Shown here piece after piece: positions 16,679 through 24,779 of a DNA stretch of 43,867 nt (positions are counted from its first letter, which is position 1; every line of letters begins with the position of its first letter). The stretch lies in contig DATDJD010000095.1 of the NCBI GenBank assembly GCA_036520695.1, positions 1 to 43,867 of the forward strand, read 5' to 3'. The notes beneath the pieces were generated by a model, which saw only the letters and a list, made by a program, of their open reading frames with translations, was not told where the DNA came from and did not search any database. Source of the stretch: Actinomycetota bacterium (GTDB taxonomy: Bacteria > Actinomycetota > UBA4738 > HRBIN12). Made by a program: the position numbers and the translations under genes.

Positions 16679-17812
16679 GTGGACGTTCCCCGCACCCTCG
16701 TGGTCACGAACGACTACCCGCCTCGCGTGGGTGGCATCCAGCGAACCCTCGAAGCGTTGGTCAAAGAGTTTCCGGCCGACGGCGTCGGTGTGTTCTGCCC
16801 AACGTGGGATCAGGCGGCCGGATTCGACGCTGACGCCCCCTACCGCGTGTTCCGGCAGTCCGAACGAACGATGTTGCCGACGCCGGAGGTCGGGCGCCGC
16901 GTCCGGGCGGCCGTCGCCGAGATGGGCGCCGAGGTGGTGCTCTTCGGCGCGACCTATCCCTTGGCGATGTTGGGCCCCGGGCTCGCTGCCCATGGCACGC
17001 CGTACCTGGCTGCGGCGCACGGTTTCGAGTACTGGCTCTCGGTGGCTCCCGGGTCCCACAGTTTGATGCGATACGCCACGTCGAAGGCCTCACGAGTGCC
17101 GGTGATGTGCAGCGAGTTCATCGCCCGCACGGTGCGAACCGCCGTGCCACGGTCGGTACCGGTTTCGGTGCTTCATCCCGGCGCCGACGTCGACGTGTTC
17201 CGCCCGGATCTGCCGTCCGAGGACCTGCGGGCGCGACACGGGATCGCCGACCGACCGCTTGTGGTCTGTGTGAGCCGGTTGGTGGCGCGCAAGGGCCAGG
17301 ATGTGCTGATCCGCGGCATGGAGCGAGTCCGTCAGCGCGTGCCGAACGCAGCGCTCCTCATCGTGGGTGGTGGTCCCTATGAGGCGAAGCTCCGTTCGCT
17401 GGCCGAAGCGGCCCCAGCCGATTCGGTCTTCTTCTCCGGGCAGGTCTCGGAAGAAGACCTCCCGCGGTATTACGCGGCGGGCGATGTCTTCGCGATGCCG
17501 TGCCGGACCCGAGCGGCCGGCATGGAGGTCGAGGGCTGGGGGAACGTATTCATCGAAGCGGCGGCCTGTGCCAAGCCGGTGGTGGTGGGTGATTCCGGTG
17601 GCGCGCGAGAAGCATTGATCGATGGCGAGACCGGTCTGTTGGTCGACGGAGCCGATGTGCCCGCGGTGGCCGACGCGGTCGCCGACCTCTTGAGCGACCC
17701 GGTTCGCGCCCGAGCCATGGGCGAGGCGGGCCGAACTCGAGTCCTCGCGAACCACACCTGGCCGGCGGTAGCGGCGCGTCTTGCGCTGTGGCTCCAGGCG
17801 GCGGCTCGCTGA
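16679..17812 (+). CDS. GT4-family (GT-B) glycosyltransferase, PimB-like mannosyltransferase candidate
   Basis: RTLVVTNDYPPRVGGIQ is the N-terminus. The E-x7-E region is EGWGNVFIEAAACAKPVVVGDSGGAREALIDGETGLLV. I start at GTG 16679 because the upstream 27 codons of the track ORF overlap ygfZ on the other strand. Substrate is inferred only from family resemblance. Confidence 0.75.
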   Translation: MDVPRTLVVTNDYPPRVGGIQRTLEALVKEFPADGVGVFCPTWDQAAGFDADAPYRVFRQSERTMLPTPEVGRRVRAAVAEMGAEVVLFGATYPLAMLGPGLAAHGTPYLAAAHGFEYWLSVAPGSHSLMRYATSKASRVPVMCSEFIARTVRTAVPRSVPVSVLHPGADVDVFRPDLPSEDLRARHGIADRPLVVCVSRLVARKGQDVLIRGMERVRQRVPNAALLIVGGGPYEAKLRSLAEAAPADSVFFSGQVSEEDLPRYYAAGDVFAMPCRTRAAGMEVEGWGNVFIEAAACAKPVVVGDSGGAREALIDGETGLLVDGADVPAVADAVADLLSDPVRARAMGEAGRTRVLANHTWPAVAARLALWLQAAAR

Positions 17813-17876
17813 GAGATCGTCTTCGGCACCAGGCACCCGTGGGACCGGGGACCGGCACCGGGGTACCCTGGCGCTC

Positions 17877-18596
17877 ATGCACGGATCGGAACCGGGGGAC
17901 AGGACCGCGGGAACGCAGGAACGAAGGTGTCCGGAGTGCGGCGCCCTCGTCGGTGACGACGCTCGCTGGTGCGGCCAGTGCTTCCGCTCGTTGATCCAAC
18001 CGGTCCCTGAGGCCGAGCCCGCACCCATCTCTCCAGCAGAGGTACCCGGTCGTCCAGCGGATGTTCCGAACCAGCCTTTGTCCTCGGTCGGCTCGACGCC
18101 GGCTGCATCGCCGGAGGTCGTGTCTCAGCCGACGTGGCCTTGCCCCGCGTGCGGGAACGACAACCGGTTGGAACTGGACGTGTGCGAGGTCTGCGGGACC
18201 TCGTTCGCGGCCATGATGCGTCAGGACGAAGCACCGGTGCGGACCGATCCGAGGGAGGCGGTGAAGTGGTCGCTCATCTTCCCCGGCCTCGGTCACAGGA
18301 AAGCCGGTCGGGGACCCGACGGTCTGGCGCGTGGTGTGCTGTTCGTATTGGTGCTCTCGATGGCGATCCTCACCGGTCTGTCGGGGTTGTCGTCTCCGGT
18401 CGGGGTCGGCATCTTCCTGTTCTATGCGGTCACCTCCGTGGTGGTCTACGTAGGATCGGCCGTCGAGGCATCCCGGATCGCGCAGGGCGGCGAGCCGTTC
18501 ATCAGCGCCCGACAGCTGCTGTGGGTCACCGTCGCGCTGATCCTGGGGTCAGTTGCTCTCTTGGCGATGTCCGCCGTGTTCGCGGCGCGACGATGA
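17877..18596 (+). CDS. Double zinc-ribbon membrane protein (hypothetical)
   Basis: From ATG 17877 (MHGSEPGD) there are two CxxC...CxxC ribbons, CPECGALVGDDARWCGQC and CPACGNDNRLELDVCEVC. Three to four hydrophobic helices follow. A TACCCT hexamer lies 7 nt upstream. Confidence 0.7.
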   Translation: MHGSEPGDRTAGTQERRCPECGALVGDDARWCGQCFRSLIQPVPEAEPAPISPAEVPGRPADVPNQPLSSVGSTPAASPEVVSQPTWPCPACGNDNRLELDVCEVCGTSFAAMMRQDEAPVRTDPREAVKWSLIFPGLGHRKAGRGPDGLARGVLFVLVLSMAILTGLSGLSSPVGVGIFLFYAVTSVVVYVGSAVEASRIAQGGEPFISARQLLWVTVALILGSVALLAMSAVFAARR

Positions 18597-18634
18597 ACCG
18601 AACCAGCTGTTGCAGACGGTAGGATTCCGGGCCC

Positions 18635-19075
18635 ATGGAGCACGCTGAAGGCTCGATCGTGATCGAAGCACCGCTCGAAGACGTGATGGAGGTCATCGAG
18701 GACTACGAGTCCTACCCGGAGTGGGCAGACGTTCGCACCGTCGATGTTCGGGTTCGAGGGGAGGGTGGCCGCGCCACCGAGGTGGCGTTCGAGGTCGACG
18801 TGCCGGTCCTGGGCAAGGCGTCGTACACGCTGACCTACCAGTACGCGCCCGGCGACACCGGTCTTTCGTGGGTCACGACCGACGCCCGTGGAGCGATCCG
18901 GGACATCCGAGGCGAGTACCTGCTGGATGAACTCGACGAGGGAGACACGAAGGTCACCTACCGGCTCGGGGTCGAACTCGGGGTCCTGGTGCCTGGGTTC
19001 CTTCGAACCGAGGGTGCCAAACGTGTCATCGAGAACGCCCTCGAGAAGCTCAAACGCCGCGTCGAGATGGGCTGA
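18635..19075 (+). CDS. SRPBCC (START/cyclase-dehydrase-like) family protein
   Basis: The 146-aa ORF reads SIVIEAPLEDVMEVIEDYESYPEWADV...YTLTYQYAP...IRDIRGEYLLDELDEGDTKVTYRL, the typical polyketide_cyc2/SRPBCC pattern. Confidence 0.8.
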   Translation: MEHAEGSIVIEAPLEDVMEVIEDYESYPEWADVRTVDVRVRGEGGRATEVAFEVDVPVLGKASYTLTYQYAPGDTGLSWVTTDARGAIRDIRGEYLLDELDEGDTKVTYRLGVELGVLVPGFLRTEGAKRVIENALEKLKRRVEMG

Positions 19076-19081
19076 ATAGCC

Positions 19082-19184
19082 CCCGAGTGGAGAAGCCTTG
19101 GGGCTCAAGTAGTGAGCGCAGCGAGCGGTAGTCCCGAGTAGAGAAGCCTTGGGCGGCTCAAGTAGCGAGCGTAGCGAGCGATAG
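19082..19184. repeat. Imperfect direct tandem repeat, two copies of about 51 nt, each ending in two YAGYGAGCG 9-mers
   Basis: Copy 1 (19082-19131) is CCCGAGTGGAGAAGCCTTGGGGCTCAAGTAGTGAGCGCAGCGAGCGGTAG. Copy 2 (19133-19184) is CCCGAGTAGAGAAGCCTTGGGCGGCTCAAGTAGCGAGCGTAGCGAGCGATAG. The nested 9-mers lie at 19110-19118, 19119-19127, 19163-19171 and 19172-19180. The repeat is intergenic and ends 9 nt before the -10-like TAAGAT of the next gene. Confidence 0.9.
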
Positions 19185-19204
19185 CCGCCACGTAAGATGA
19201 CCGT

Positions 19205-20401
19205 ATGCGAGTCGTGCTGTTCACCGGGAAGGGCGGCGTGGGCAAGACCACGGTGGCGGCCTCGACCGCGGTCCGCTCGGCGTCTGGGGGTGCGCGGACC
19301 CTGATCATGTCGACGGACCCGGCACACTCGCTGGGCGATTCCTTCGAAGTCGAGATCGGCTCACAGCCCACGCTCATCAGCGATCGGTTGTGGGCCCAGC
19401 AGATCGACGCGCAGGATCGACTCGAGGACAACTGGCGCGAGATCCAGGACTACTTCATCCAGCTCATGAACTGGGCTGGGACCGAGACGATCCAGGCAGA
19501 AGAACTGACGGTGATCCCCGGGCTGGACGAGATCTTCGCGTTGATCGACGTGAAGACCAACGTGGAATCGGGCGACTACGACATGCTCGTCGTCGACTGC
19601 GCGCCCACCGCCGAGACCTTGCGGTTGCTGAGTCTGCCCGAAGTCATGAACTGGTACATCGAGCGTATCTTCCCCGTGGAACGCAAGGTCGTGCGAGCAG
19701 TGCGACCGATCGTTTCGAAGATGACCACACTGCCGATCGCGGGGGACAAGGTGTTCGCTGCCGTGGAGCGACTCCACCGCAACCTCGACGACGTGAAGAC
19801 GATCCTGACGGACGAGAAGGTGTCGTCGGTTCGGTTGGTGGTCAACCCCGAGAAGATGGTGATCGCAGAAGCGCGTCGCACCTACACCTACCTCGGGTTG
19901 TTCGGCTACCGGGTGGACGCGGTGGTGGTCAACCGGATCATCCCGGAGGAGGTGAACGACCCCTACTTCGGCAAGTGGAAGGACATCCAGGCCGAGCACC
20001 TGGCCACGGTCGCCGAGTCGTTCGAACCCGTGCCGATCCTGCGCGCTCGATTGTTCGATCGGGAGATGGTCGGGGTGTCGCTGTTGGAGGAGATGGCCAC
20101 CGAGGTCTACGGACAGCTCGACGCGACGGCGATCCTGTTCCACGACGACCCCATCCGGGTTCGCAAGCACGGGGAGGAGTACGTGCTATCGATGCGGCTG
20201 CCCTTCGTCTCGCGCGACGAGATGGACGTTCATCGTCGCGGCGAAGAGCTCTACATCCGTGTGGGTTCCTACAAGCGGAACCTGATCTTGCCGCAGACCT
20301 TGAAGCGCTTGGTCGTGAGGGAAGCGAACTTCGCGGGTGACCACCTGGAGATCACGTTCGGGCGTGCGCTGGAGCCCATCGACGAGCGACCAGGGACCTG
20401 A
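19205..20401 (+). CDS. ArsA/Get3-family ATPase with a C-terminal HSP20-like domain
   Basis: MRVVLFTGKGGVGKTTVAAS is a deviant Walker A. MSTDPAHSLGD is the ArsA signature. The C-terminal EEYVLSMRLPFVSRDEMDVHRRGEELYIRVGSYKRNLILP resembles the ArsA_HSP20 domain. TAAGAT lies 6 nt upstream of the ATG. Confidence 0.88.
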   Translation: MRVVLFTGKGGVGKTTVAASTAVRSASGGARTLIMSTDPAHSLGDSFEVEIGSQPTLISDRLWAQQIDAQDRLEDNWREIQDYFIQLMNWAGTETIQAEELTVIPGLDEIFALIDVKTNVESGDYDMLVVDCAPTAETLRLLSLPEVMNWYIERIFPVERKVVRAVRPIVSKMTTLPIAGDKVFAAVERLHRNLDDVKTILTDEKVSSVRLVVNPEKMVIAEARRTYTYLGLFGYRVDAVVVNRIIPEEVNDPYFGKWKDIQAEHLATVAESFEPVPILRARLFDREMVGVSLLEEMATEVYGQLDATAILFHDDPIRVRKHGEEYVLSMRLPFVSRDEMDVHRRGEELYIRVGSYKRNLILPQTLKRLVVREANFAGDHLEITFGRALEPIDERPGT

Positions 20402-20403
20402 CG

Positions 20404-21372
20404 CTGCCACCCACACAGGCGATCGGCATCGACGTCGGCGGGACAAAGACCGCATCGTTGCGTGTGAGCGACGACGGGACGGTGCTGGCCCGCGATGTGC
20501 GACCGACGCCCGCCGATGATCAAGCAGCCACCCTGGCGACGATGGTCGGGTCGGCCAACGCGGTCATGGATCCGGCGGTGGGTTCGGTCGGGATCGCCGC
20601 CGCCGGTCTCGTCGAAGTCGAGACCGGCATCTTGCGGTTCGCTCCCAACCTCGCGTGGCGCGATGTACCCCTGACGGCCCATGTCAGCGATGCGCTCGGG
20701 TTGCCTTCGTGCGCCGACAACGACAACACCGCGGCAGCGTGGGGGGAATCCCGTGTCGGTGCGGGTGTAGGGGTTCGCCACATGGTGTTCGTGGGCGTGG
20801 GGACCGGGATCGGCGGCGGGTTCGTCATCGACGGGCGGCTGGTCCGCGGGGCGCATGGGTTCGCGGCCGAGATCGGACATATCGTCGTCGAACCTGATGG
20901 TCCGCGTTGCGGCTGTGGGAACCGGGGCTGCTGGGAGCAGGTGGCGAGCGGCACCGCCATCACCCGGGCAGGACGTGGCGCTGTCCGACGGCATCGGTAT
21001 TCCGATCTCGTCGAGCGGTCGGGAGACGATCCCAACGCTGTGACCGGCGCCATGGTGACCGAAGCAGCCCGCGCGGGTGACACCGCCTCGTGCGGGATCC
21101 TCGTCGAGGTAGGGCACCGACTGGGTCAGGGGATCGCCGCGTTGGTGAACGTCCTCGACCCCGACCTGGTGATCGTGGGTGGCGGCGTATCCGATGCGGG
21201 GGATCTGGTGCTTGCCCCTGCGCGGGATGCGTTCGCGCGGTTCGTGGAAGGGGCCGGGTCGCGGCCCTCGGTGCCGCTCGTTGCGGCACGGCTGGGTGGC
21301 GATGCCGGAGCGATCGGTGCCGCATTGCTGGCCATGGAGCGCTTCGACCGAGGAACGGGAAAGCTTCGATGA
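20404..21372 (+). CDS. glk: ROK-family sugar kinase (glucokinase-like) with a non-canonical start
   Basis: AIGIDVGGTKTAS (phosphate-1 motif), GAHGFAAEIGH, and the Zn motif CGCGNRGCWEQVASG are present. The track ORF starts at TTG 20458, downstream of the conserved IGIDVGGT. No ATG, GTG or TTG exists in frame between the TGA at 20338-20340 and 20458. I place the start at CTG 20404, with CTG 20398 as the alternative. The gene identity is solid but the start is uncertain. Confidence 0.8.
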   Translation: MPPTQAIGIDVGGTKTASLRVSDDGTVLARDVRPTPADDQAATLATMVGSANAVMDPAVGSVGIAAAGLVEVETGILRFAPNLAWRDVPLTAHVSDALGLPSCADNDNTAAAWGESRVGAGVGVRHMVFVGVGTGIGGGFVIDGRLVRGAHGFAAEIGHIVVEPDGPRCGCGNRGCWEQVASGTAITRAGRGAVRRHRYSDLVERSGDDPNAVTGAMVTEAARAGDTASCGILVEVGHRLGQGIAALVNVLDPDLVIVGGGVSDAGDLVLAPARDAFARFVEGAGSRPSVPLVAARLGGDAGAIGAALLAMERFDRGTGKLR

Positions 21373-22256
21373 AGATCGGCGTGTCGCTTCCGGTGTTCAC
21401 GCACGATGTCACTCGCCCTCTCGAGGTCGCAGCGCTCGCTCGCGAACTGGCGCTCGACGGAGCGTTCTCGCCCGACCACCTCTTCCCGCCGATCTTCTAC
21501 CCGCCGTCGGGCCCTGAACGGCCTGCGCTGGAGGCATTCTCGGTCTTGTCGGCCGTCGCGGCGCGTGAGCCCGGCCTCGCCGTGGGCACGCTGGTTGCCC
21601 GGGTGACCTTGCGTCCGCCGGGCATGCTCGCGAAGCAAGGCGCTGCCCTCGACGCGATGTCCGGCGGCCGCGCCATCCTGGCACTGGGGACCGGTGATCG
21701 CGCGTCATTGCCCGAGCACGAGCGCTACGGCATCCCGTTCCCATCCGTCGCCGACCGGATCGCGCTCCTGGAGGAAACGGTCTCGGCCTTGAAGGCCCTG
21801 TTCTCAGGCGATCGCTACGGAGGTGGCACCCATGTGCCTGCGATGCAGGGTCCACTGCTGCCCCCCGGCTCGCCCGACGTGTGGGTCGGTGGCTTGTCGG
21901 ACCCTGTGATCGCGGTGGCTGCACGGGTCGCCGATGCCTGGAACGGTTGGGGGCTGGATGCAGCGGGGTTCGCCGCGAAGGCCGCGCGCCTGCGTGAACT
22001 CGCCGATGGCCGTTCCGTCGATCCCACCTGGGGCGGCATCGCCCTCGTTGGCCGCGACGACGCGGAGTTGGATCGGTTGCGCACCGCGAGGGCCGACAAG
22101 GGCCTCTCGCTCGAAGGCGTGTGGACGGGCACCACGGATGAACTGCGGCGTTTCGCCGACGACCTGGAAGCCGCCGGCGCATCGTGGTTCATCGTGTTGC
22201 CGGTCGGCCCGGCCGATCGTCTCGAGGTCATCGCGGAAGCGTTCCGATCGCGATGA
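21369..22256 (+). CDS. Luciferase-like monooxygenase (LLM) family oxidoreductase, probably F420-dependent
   Basis: From ATG 21369 the protein reads MKIGVSLPVFTHDV...GAFSPDHLFPP...LEAFSVLSAVAAREPGLAVGTLV...ILALGTGD, the LLM TIM-barrel pattern. ATGA overlaps occur at both ends (21369-21372 and 22253-22256). The upstream 93 codons of the track ORF lie inside the kinase gene. Confidence 0.7.
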   Translation: MKIGVSLPVFTHDVTRPLEVAALARELALDGAFSPDHLFPPIFYPPSGPERPALEAFSVLSAVAAREPGLAVGTLVARVTLRPPGMLAKQGAALDAMSGGRAILALGTGDRASLPEHERYGIPFPSVADRIALLEETVSALKALFSGDRYGGGTHVPAMQGPLLPPGSPDVWVGGLSDPVIAVAARVADAWNGWGLDAAGFAAKAARLRELADGRSVDPTWGGIALVGRDDAELDRLRTARADKGLSLEGVWTGTTDELRRFADDLEAAGASWFIVLPVGPADRLEVIAEAFRSR

Positions 22257-22867
22257 ACGAACCCTCGAACCTCACCAGCACCGAGTTGAAGCGTGCGAAA
22301 CGGGATGTGCGACGGTCGACGTTGGCGGCTCGGGACGCGATCGAACCGTCGGTCCGAGCCGAACTCGCACGTGCGGTCGCGCATCGATTCCTCGCGCTGC
22401 CCCAGATGGATACGGCGCGCATCGTGTTGGCGTTCTGGTCGTTCGGCTCCGAGTTGCCGATGTCACCGTTGATCGAGGCCATGCAGAGCCGCGGCATCGC
22501 GGTGGCGCTGCCGCATATCGTTGAGGGCGAGATGCTGCCGCGACGCTATGAGCCAGGGGACCTCCTGACCGAAACCTCGTTCGGGGCGCTCGAGCCGACG
22601 GAGGGCGCACGCGTGGATCCCGAGACGATCGACGTGGTCGCGACGCCGGCGGTCGCGTTCGACAGGAAGGGCGCTCGCGTCGGCTACGGCGGTGGGTTCT
22701 ACGACCGGTTCTTCCCTCGCACCCGGGCCGAGTGCCTGCGCGCCGGCGTCGCGCTGGGCGTGCAGGTGCTGCCGCCCGGTGAGTTCCTCCCGGGGGGCCA
22801 TTTCGATCTGCGGGTTGACCTGATCGTGACCGAGACCGAGACGATCCGATGCCCCCAGGAACGGTAG
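22253..22867 (+). CDS. 5-formyltetrahydrofolate cyclo-ligase (MTHFS)
   Basis: KRAKRDVRRSTLAARDAI...IVLAFWSFGSELPMSPLIE...ALPHI...VVATPAVAFDRKGARVGYGGGFYDRFF are the MTHFS motifs, including G-x-G-x-G-[YF]-YD-R. Confidence 0.85.
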   Translation: MNEPSNLTSTELKRAKRDVRRSTLAARDAIEPSVRAELARAVAHRFLALPQMDTARIVLAFWSFGSELPMSPLIEAMQSRGIAVALPHIVEGEMLPRRYEPGDLLTETSFGALEPTEGARVDPETIDVVATPAVAFDRKGARVGYGGGFYDRFFPRTRAECLRAGVALGVQVLPPGEFLPGGHFDLRVDLIVTETETIRCPQER

Positions 22868-23484
22868 CGCCCTCGCCGCCGACCGGTTCCGGGGCGAGAT
22901 CCTGGCGGCAGGTCGAGTTCGCGGCCCTCGATTTCGAGACGACCGGACTGGACCTGCGTACCGATGAGGTGGTCTCGTTCGGTGTGGTGCCCATCACCCA
23001 CGGGAGGATCGCGATGCGCGGCGCGGTTCACCAATTGGTCGCGCCGCCGGTGCCTCCGTCGCCGCGGTCGCAGACGATCCATCAACTTCGACCCCAGGAT
23101 CTGGCCGGCGCGCCCGACCTGGTCCACGCCCGTGAGCGGCTGCGCGAGAGTCTGGAGGGACGGTTCCTGCTGGTGTGGTTCGCCGAGATCGAGCTGCATT
23201 TCCTGCGGCAGATCTTCGGTGGGTCGGCGCGTCGATGGCGGCGTCGCACGATCGATGTTCGTAACCTGGCGATCGCGTTCGAGGGTCAGCCACGGGAGCG
23301 GCGGCAGCAGCGAGGCTACGCCCTCTCGGCTTCGGCGGAGCGCCATGGGGTCCCCGTCGCCGATGCACACGACGCCCTCGACGATGCGTTGGTGACCGCA
23401 CAGTTGTTCCTCGTCCTCGCGACGGGGCTGCGAACCGGCGGCCAGGCCAGTCTCAGGAACCTTCGCCGCACGGCGGCGACGTGA
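22849..23484 (+). CDS. DEDDh 3'-5' exonuclease domain protein (DnaQ/epsilon-like)
   Basis: FAALDFETTGLD is Exo I. HDALDDALVTAQLF is Exo III. The Exo II region is divergent (LLVWFAEIELHFL). The gene overlaps the MTHFS gene by 19 nt. Confidence 0.75.
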   Translation: MPPGTVAPSPPTGSGARSWRQVEFAALDFETTGLDLRTDEVVSFGVVPITHGRIAMRGAVHQLVAPPVPPSPRSQTIHQLRPQDLAGAPDLVHARERLRESLEGRFLLVWFAEIELHFLRQIFGGSARRWRRRTIDVRNLAIAFEGQPRERRQQRGYALSASAERHGVPVADAHDALDDALVTAQLFLVLATGLRTGGQASLRNLRRTAAT

Positions 23485-23503
23485 CGAGAGCGTCGCGGCC
23501 GAC

Positions 23504-23533
23504 TTGAACAACCGTTCAATCTCGATGTATAAG
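23504..23533 (+). promoter_or_regulatory. Sigma-A-type promoter with a GAAC-N4-GTTC palindrome over the -35 element
   Basis: TTGAAC (23504-23509), an 18-nt spacer and TATAAG (23528-23533) form the promoter. TTGAAC-AACC-GTTCAA (23504-23519) is a perfect 6+4+6 palindrome. The predicted transcript would begin near 23540 with the hairpin GTGGGCGC-TCGA-CGGCGTCCAC (23540-23561), then GGAGGA, then the start at 23590/23593. Confidence 0.55.
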
Positions 23534-23589
23534 GGTTCCGTGGGCGCTCGACGGCGTCCACCCCACGCTGACGACGACGCAGGAGGACC

Positions 23590-24687
23590 GTGATGACCGA
23601 CGAACACCGCTCGCCGCTGCACGCATGGCACGAGGCCCAGGGCGCTGAGGTCCTGATCGAGGACGGCTGGCCCTGGTACATGCACGAAGGCACCGACCCG
23701 CTGGCGGAATACGAGGCCGTGCGCACCGGTACCGGCATCTGGGATCTGTTCTCGACCAGCAAATACGAGGTCACCGGCCCGGATGCCGCTCGCTTGATCC
23801 AGCGCCGGTTCACCAACACGGTCACCGGCATGGCGCCCGGCTCGGTCCGCTACGGCGCCTTCGTGAATGCCGACGGACTCATGGTCGACGACGGCAACGT
23901 CTACAAGCTCGCCGAGGACCGCTTCTGGATCATGATCAACACCGCCGATCTCGATGGTTGGTTCCGCGAAACCGCCGACGGTCTCGACGCGCAGATCGCC
24001 CACCGCACCGAAGAACTCGCGATGATCGCCGTGCAGGGCCCTACATCGCACGACACGCTGCAGGGTCTGACCGCCGGTGACCTCAGCGAACTCGGCTACT
24101 TCCGGTTCTGGCCCGAGCCGACCACCGTGGCCGGGGCGTCTGCCTGGATCACCCGCACGGGGTTCTCCGGTGAGAAGGGGTACGAGATCGTCCTCGACCC
24201 CGGTGACGCGCAAAGCGTGTGGGACGCGTTGATCGCGGCGGGCGCCACGCCGTTCGGACTCACCGCGATCGATCTCGCGCGGACCGAGGTCGGGCTCATC
24301 ATCATCGCCGTGGACTACAACCCCGCGGAGATCTCGCCCTACGACCTGTCGATGGACAAGTTCATCAAGACCGACACGGAGAACGTCGCGGTCGAGGCGC
24401 TGTCGTCTTATGGGGCGACGCCACCGAAGCGTTTCAAGACACTGAAGATCGAAGGCGACGCGATGCCCGACTACGGCGCCGCCGTCACGAAGGACGGCGT
24501 CCAGGTCGGTGTCGTCACCTCGCCCGCGGTCTCTCCGCGCCTGGGCACGATCGGGCTCGCGATCTTGGATGCCGGCGTCGCGACCGACGGCGAGAAGGTC
24601 GAAGTTGCGGTTGAAGGCGGGACGGCGGCCGCGACGGTCGAGGTCCTTTCGCTCCTCGATCCCAAGAAGGAGAAGCCTCGCGCCTGA
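23590..24687 (+). CDS. GcvT-family aminomethyltransferase (THF-dependent; substrate uncertain)
   Basis: The 365-aa ORF reads SPLHAWHEAQGA...EYEAVRTGTGIWDLFSTSKYEVTGPDAARLIQRRFTN...RYGAFVNADGLMVDDG...IAVQGPTS...GFSGEKGYEI, the glycine-cleavage T-protein fold. It looks closer to demethylase-type members than to canonical GcvT, so I give no symbol. Confidence 0.8.
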   Translation: MMTDEHRSPLHAWHEAQGAEVLIEDGWPWYMHEGTDPLAEYEAVRTGTGIWDLFSTSKYEVTGPDAARLIQRRFTNTVTGMAPGSVRYGAFVNADGLMVDDGNVYKLAEDRFWIMINTADLDGWFRETADGLDAQIAHRTEELAMIAVQGPTSHDTLQGLTAGDLSELGYFRFWPEPTTVAGASAWITRTGFSGEKGYEIVLDPGDAQSVWDALIAAGATPFGLTAIDLARTEVGLIIIAVDYNPAEISPYDLSMDKFIKTDTENVAVEALSSYGATPPKRFKTLKIEGDAMPDYGAAVTKDGVQVGVVTSPAVSPRLGTIGLAILDAGVATDGEKVEVAVEGGTAAATVEVLSLLDPKKEKPRA

Positions 24688-24733
24688 GGGCGCACGGAGA
24701 CCGGCGACGGCACCGGACACAGGCACGAGCATC

Positions 24734-24765
24734 GAAGGGGCGGGCGCCATCGTGCCCGCCCCTTC
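24734..24765 (+). terminator. GC-rich hairpin, candidate intrinsic terminator after the aminomethyltransferase gene
   Basis: GAAGGGGCGGGC (24734-24745), the loop GCCATCGT, and GCCCGCCCCTTC (24754-24765) give a perfect 12-bp stem. It lies 47 nt after the stop codon. No U-tract follows, which is common in high-GC actinobacteria but lowers confidence. Confidence 0.5.
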
Positions 24766-24779
24766 CCTATGCTGACCCG

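Noticed and set aside
19082-19184. Possible CRISPR array
   Set aside because: There are only two directly abutting imperfect copies with no spacers. No cas genes are present in the window.
21090-21368. N-terminal extensions of the LLM gene (from 21090), hddA (to 15538), korB (from 4515), carbamate kinase (from 36943) and the RDD gene (to 30133)
   Set aside because: Each extension lies inside the neighbouring gene in another frame. Each is Arg/Gly-rich, and each ends at an internal start that forms an ATGA/GTGA/TGATG junction or has an SD.
23534-23589. Glycine riboswitch upstream of the GcvT-family gene
   Set aside because: The predicted 5' UTR is only about 50 nt and contains one simple hairpin. 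It is far too short for a glycine aptamer.
22699-24750. A 683-aa ORF on the minus strand
   Set aside because: It is antisense to the MTHFS, exonuclease and GcvT-family genes and crosses an intergenic promoter region. It has no recognisable domain. It is a high-GC artefact.
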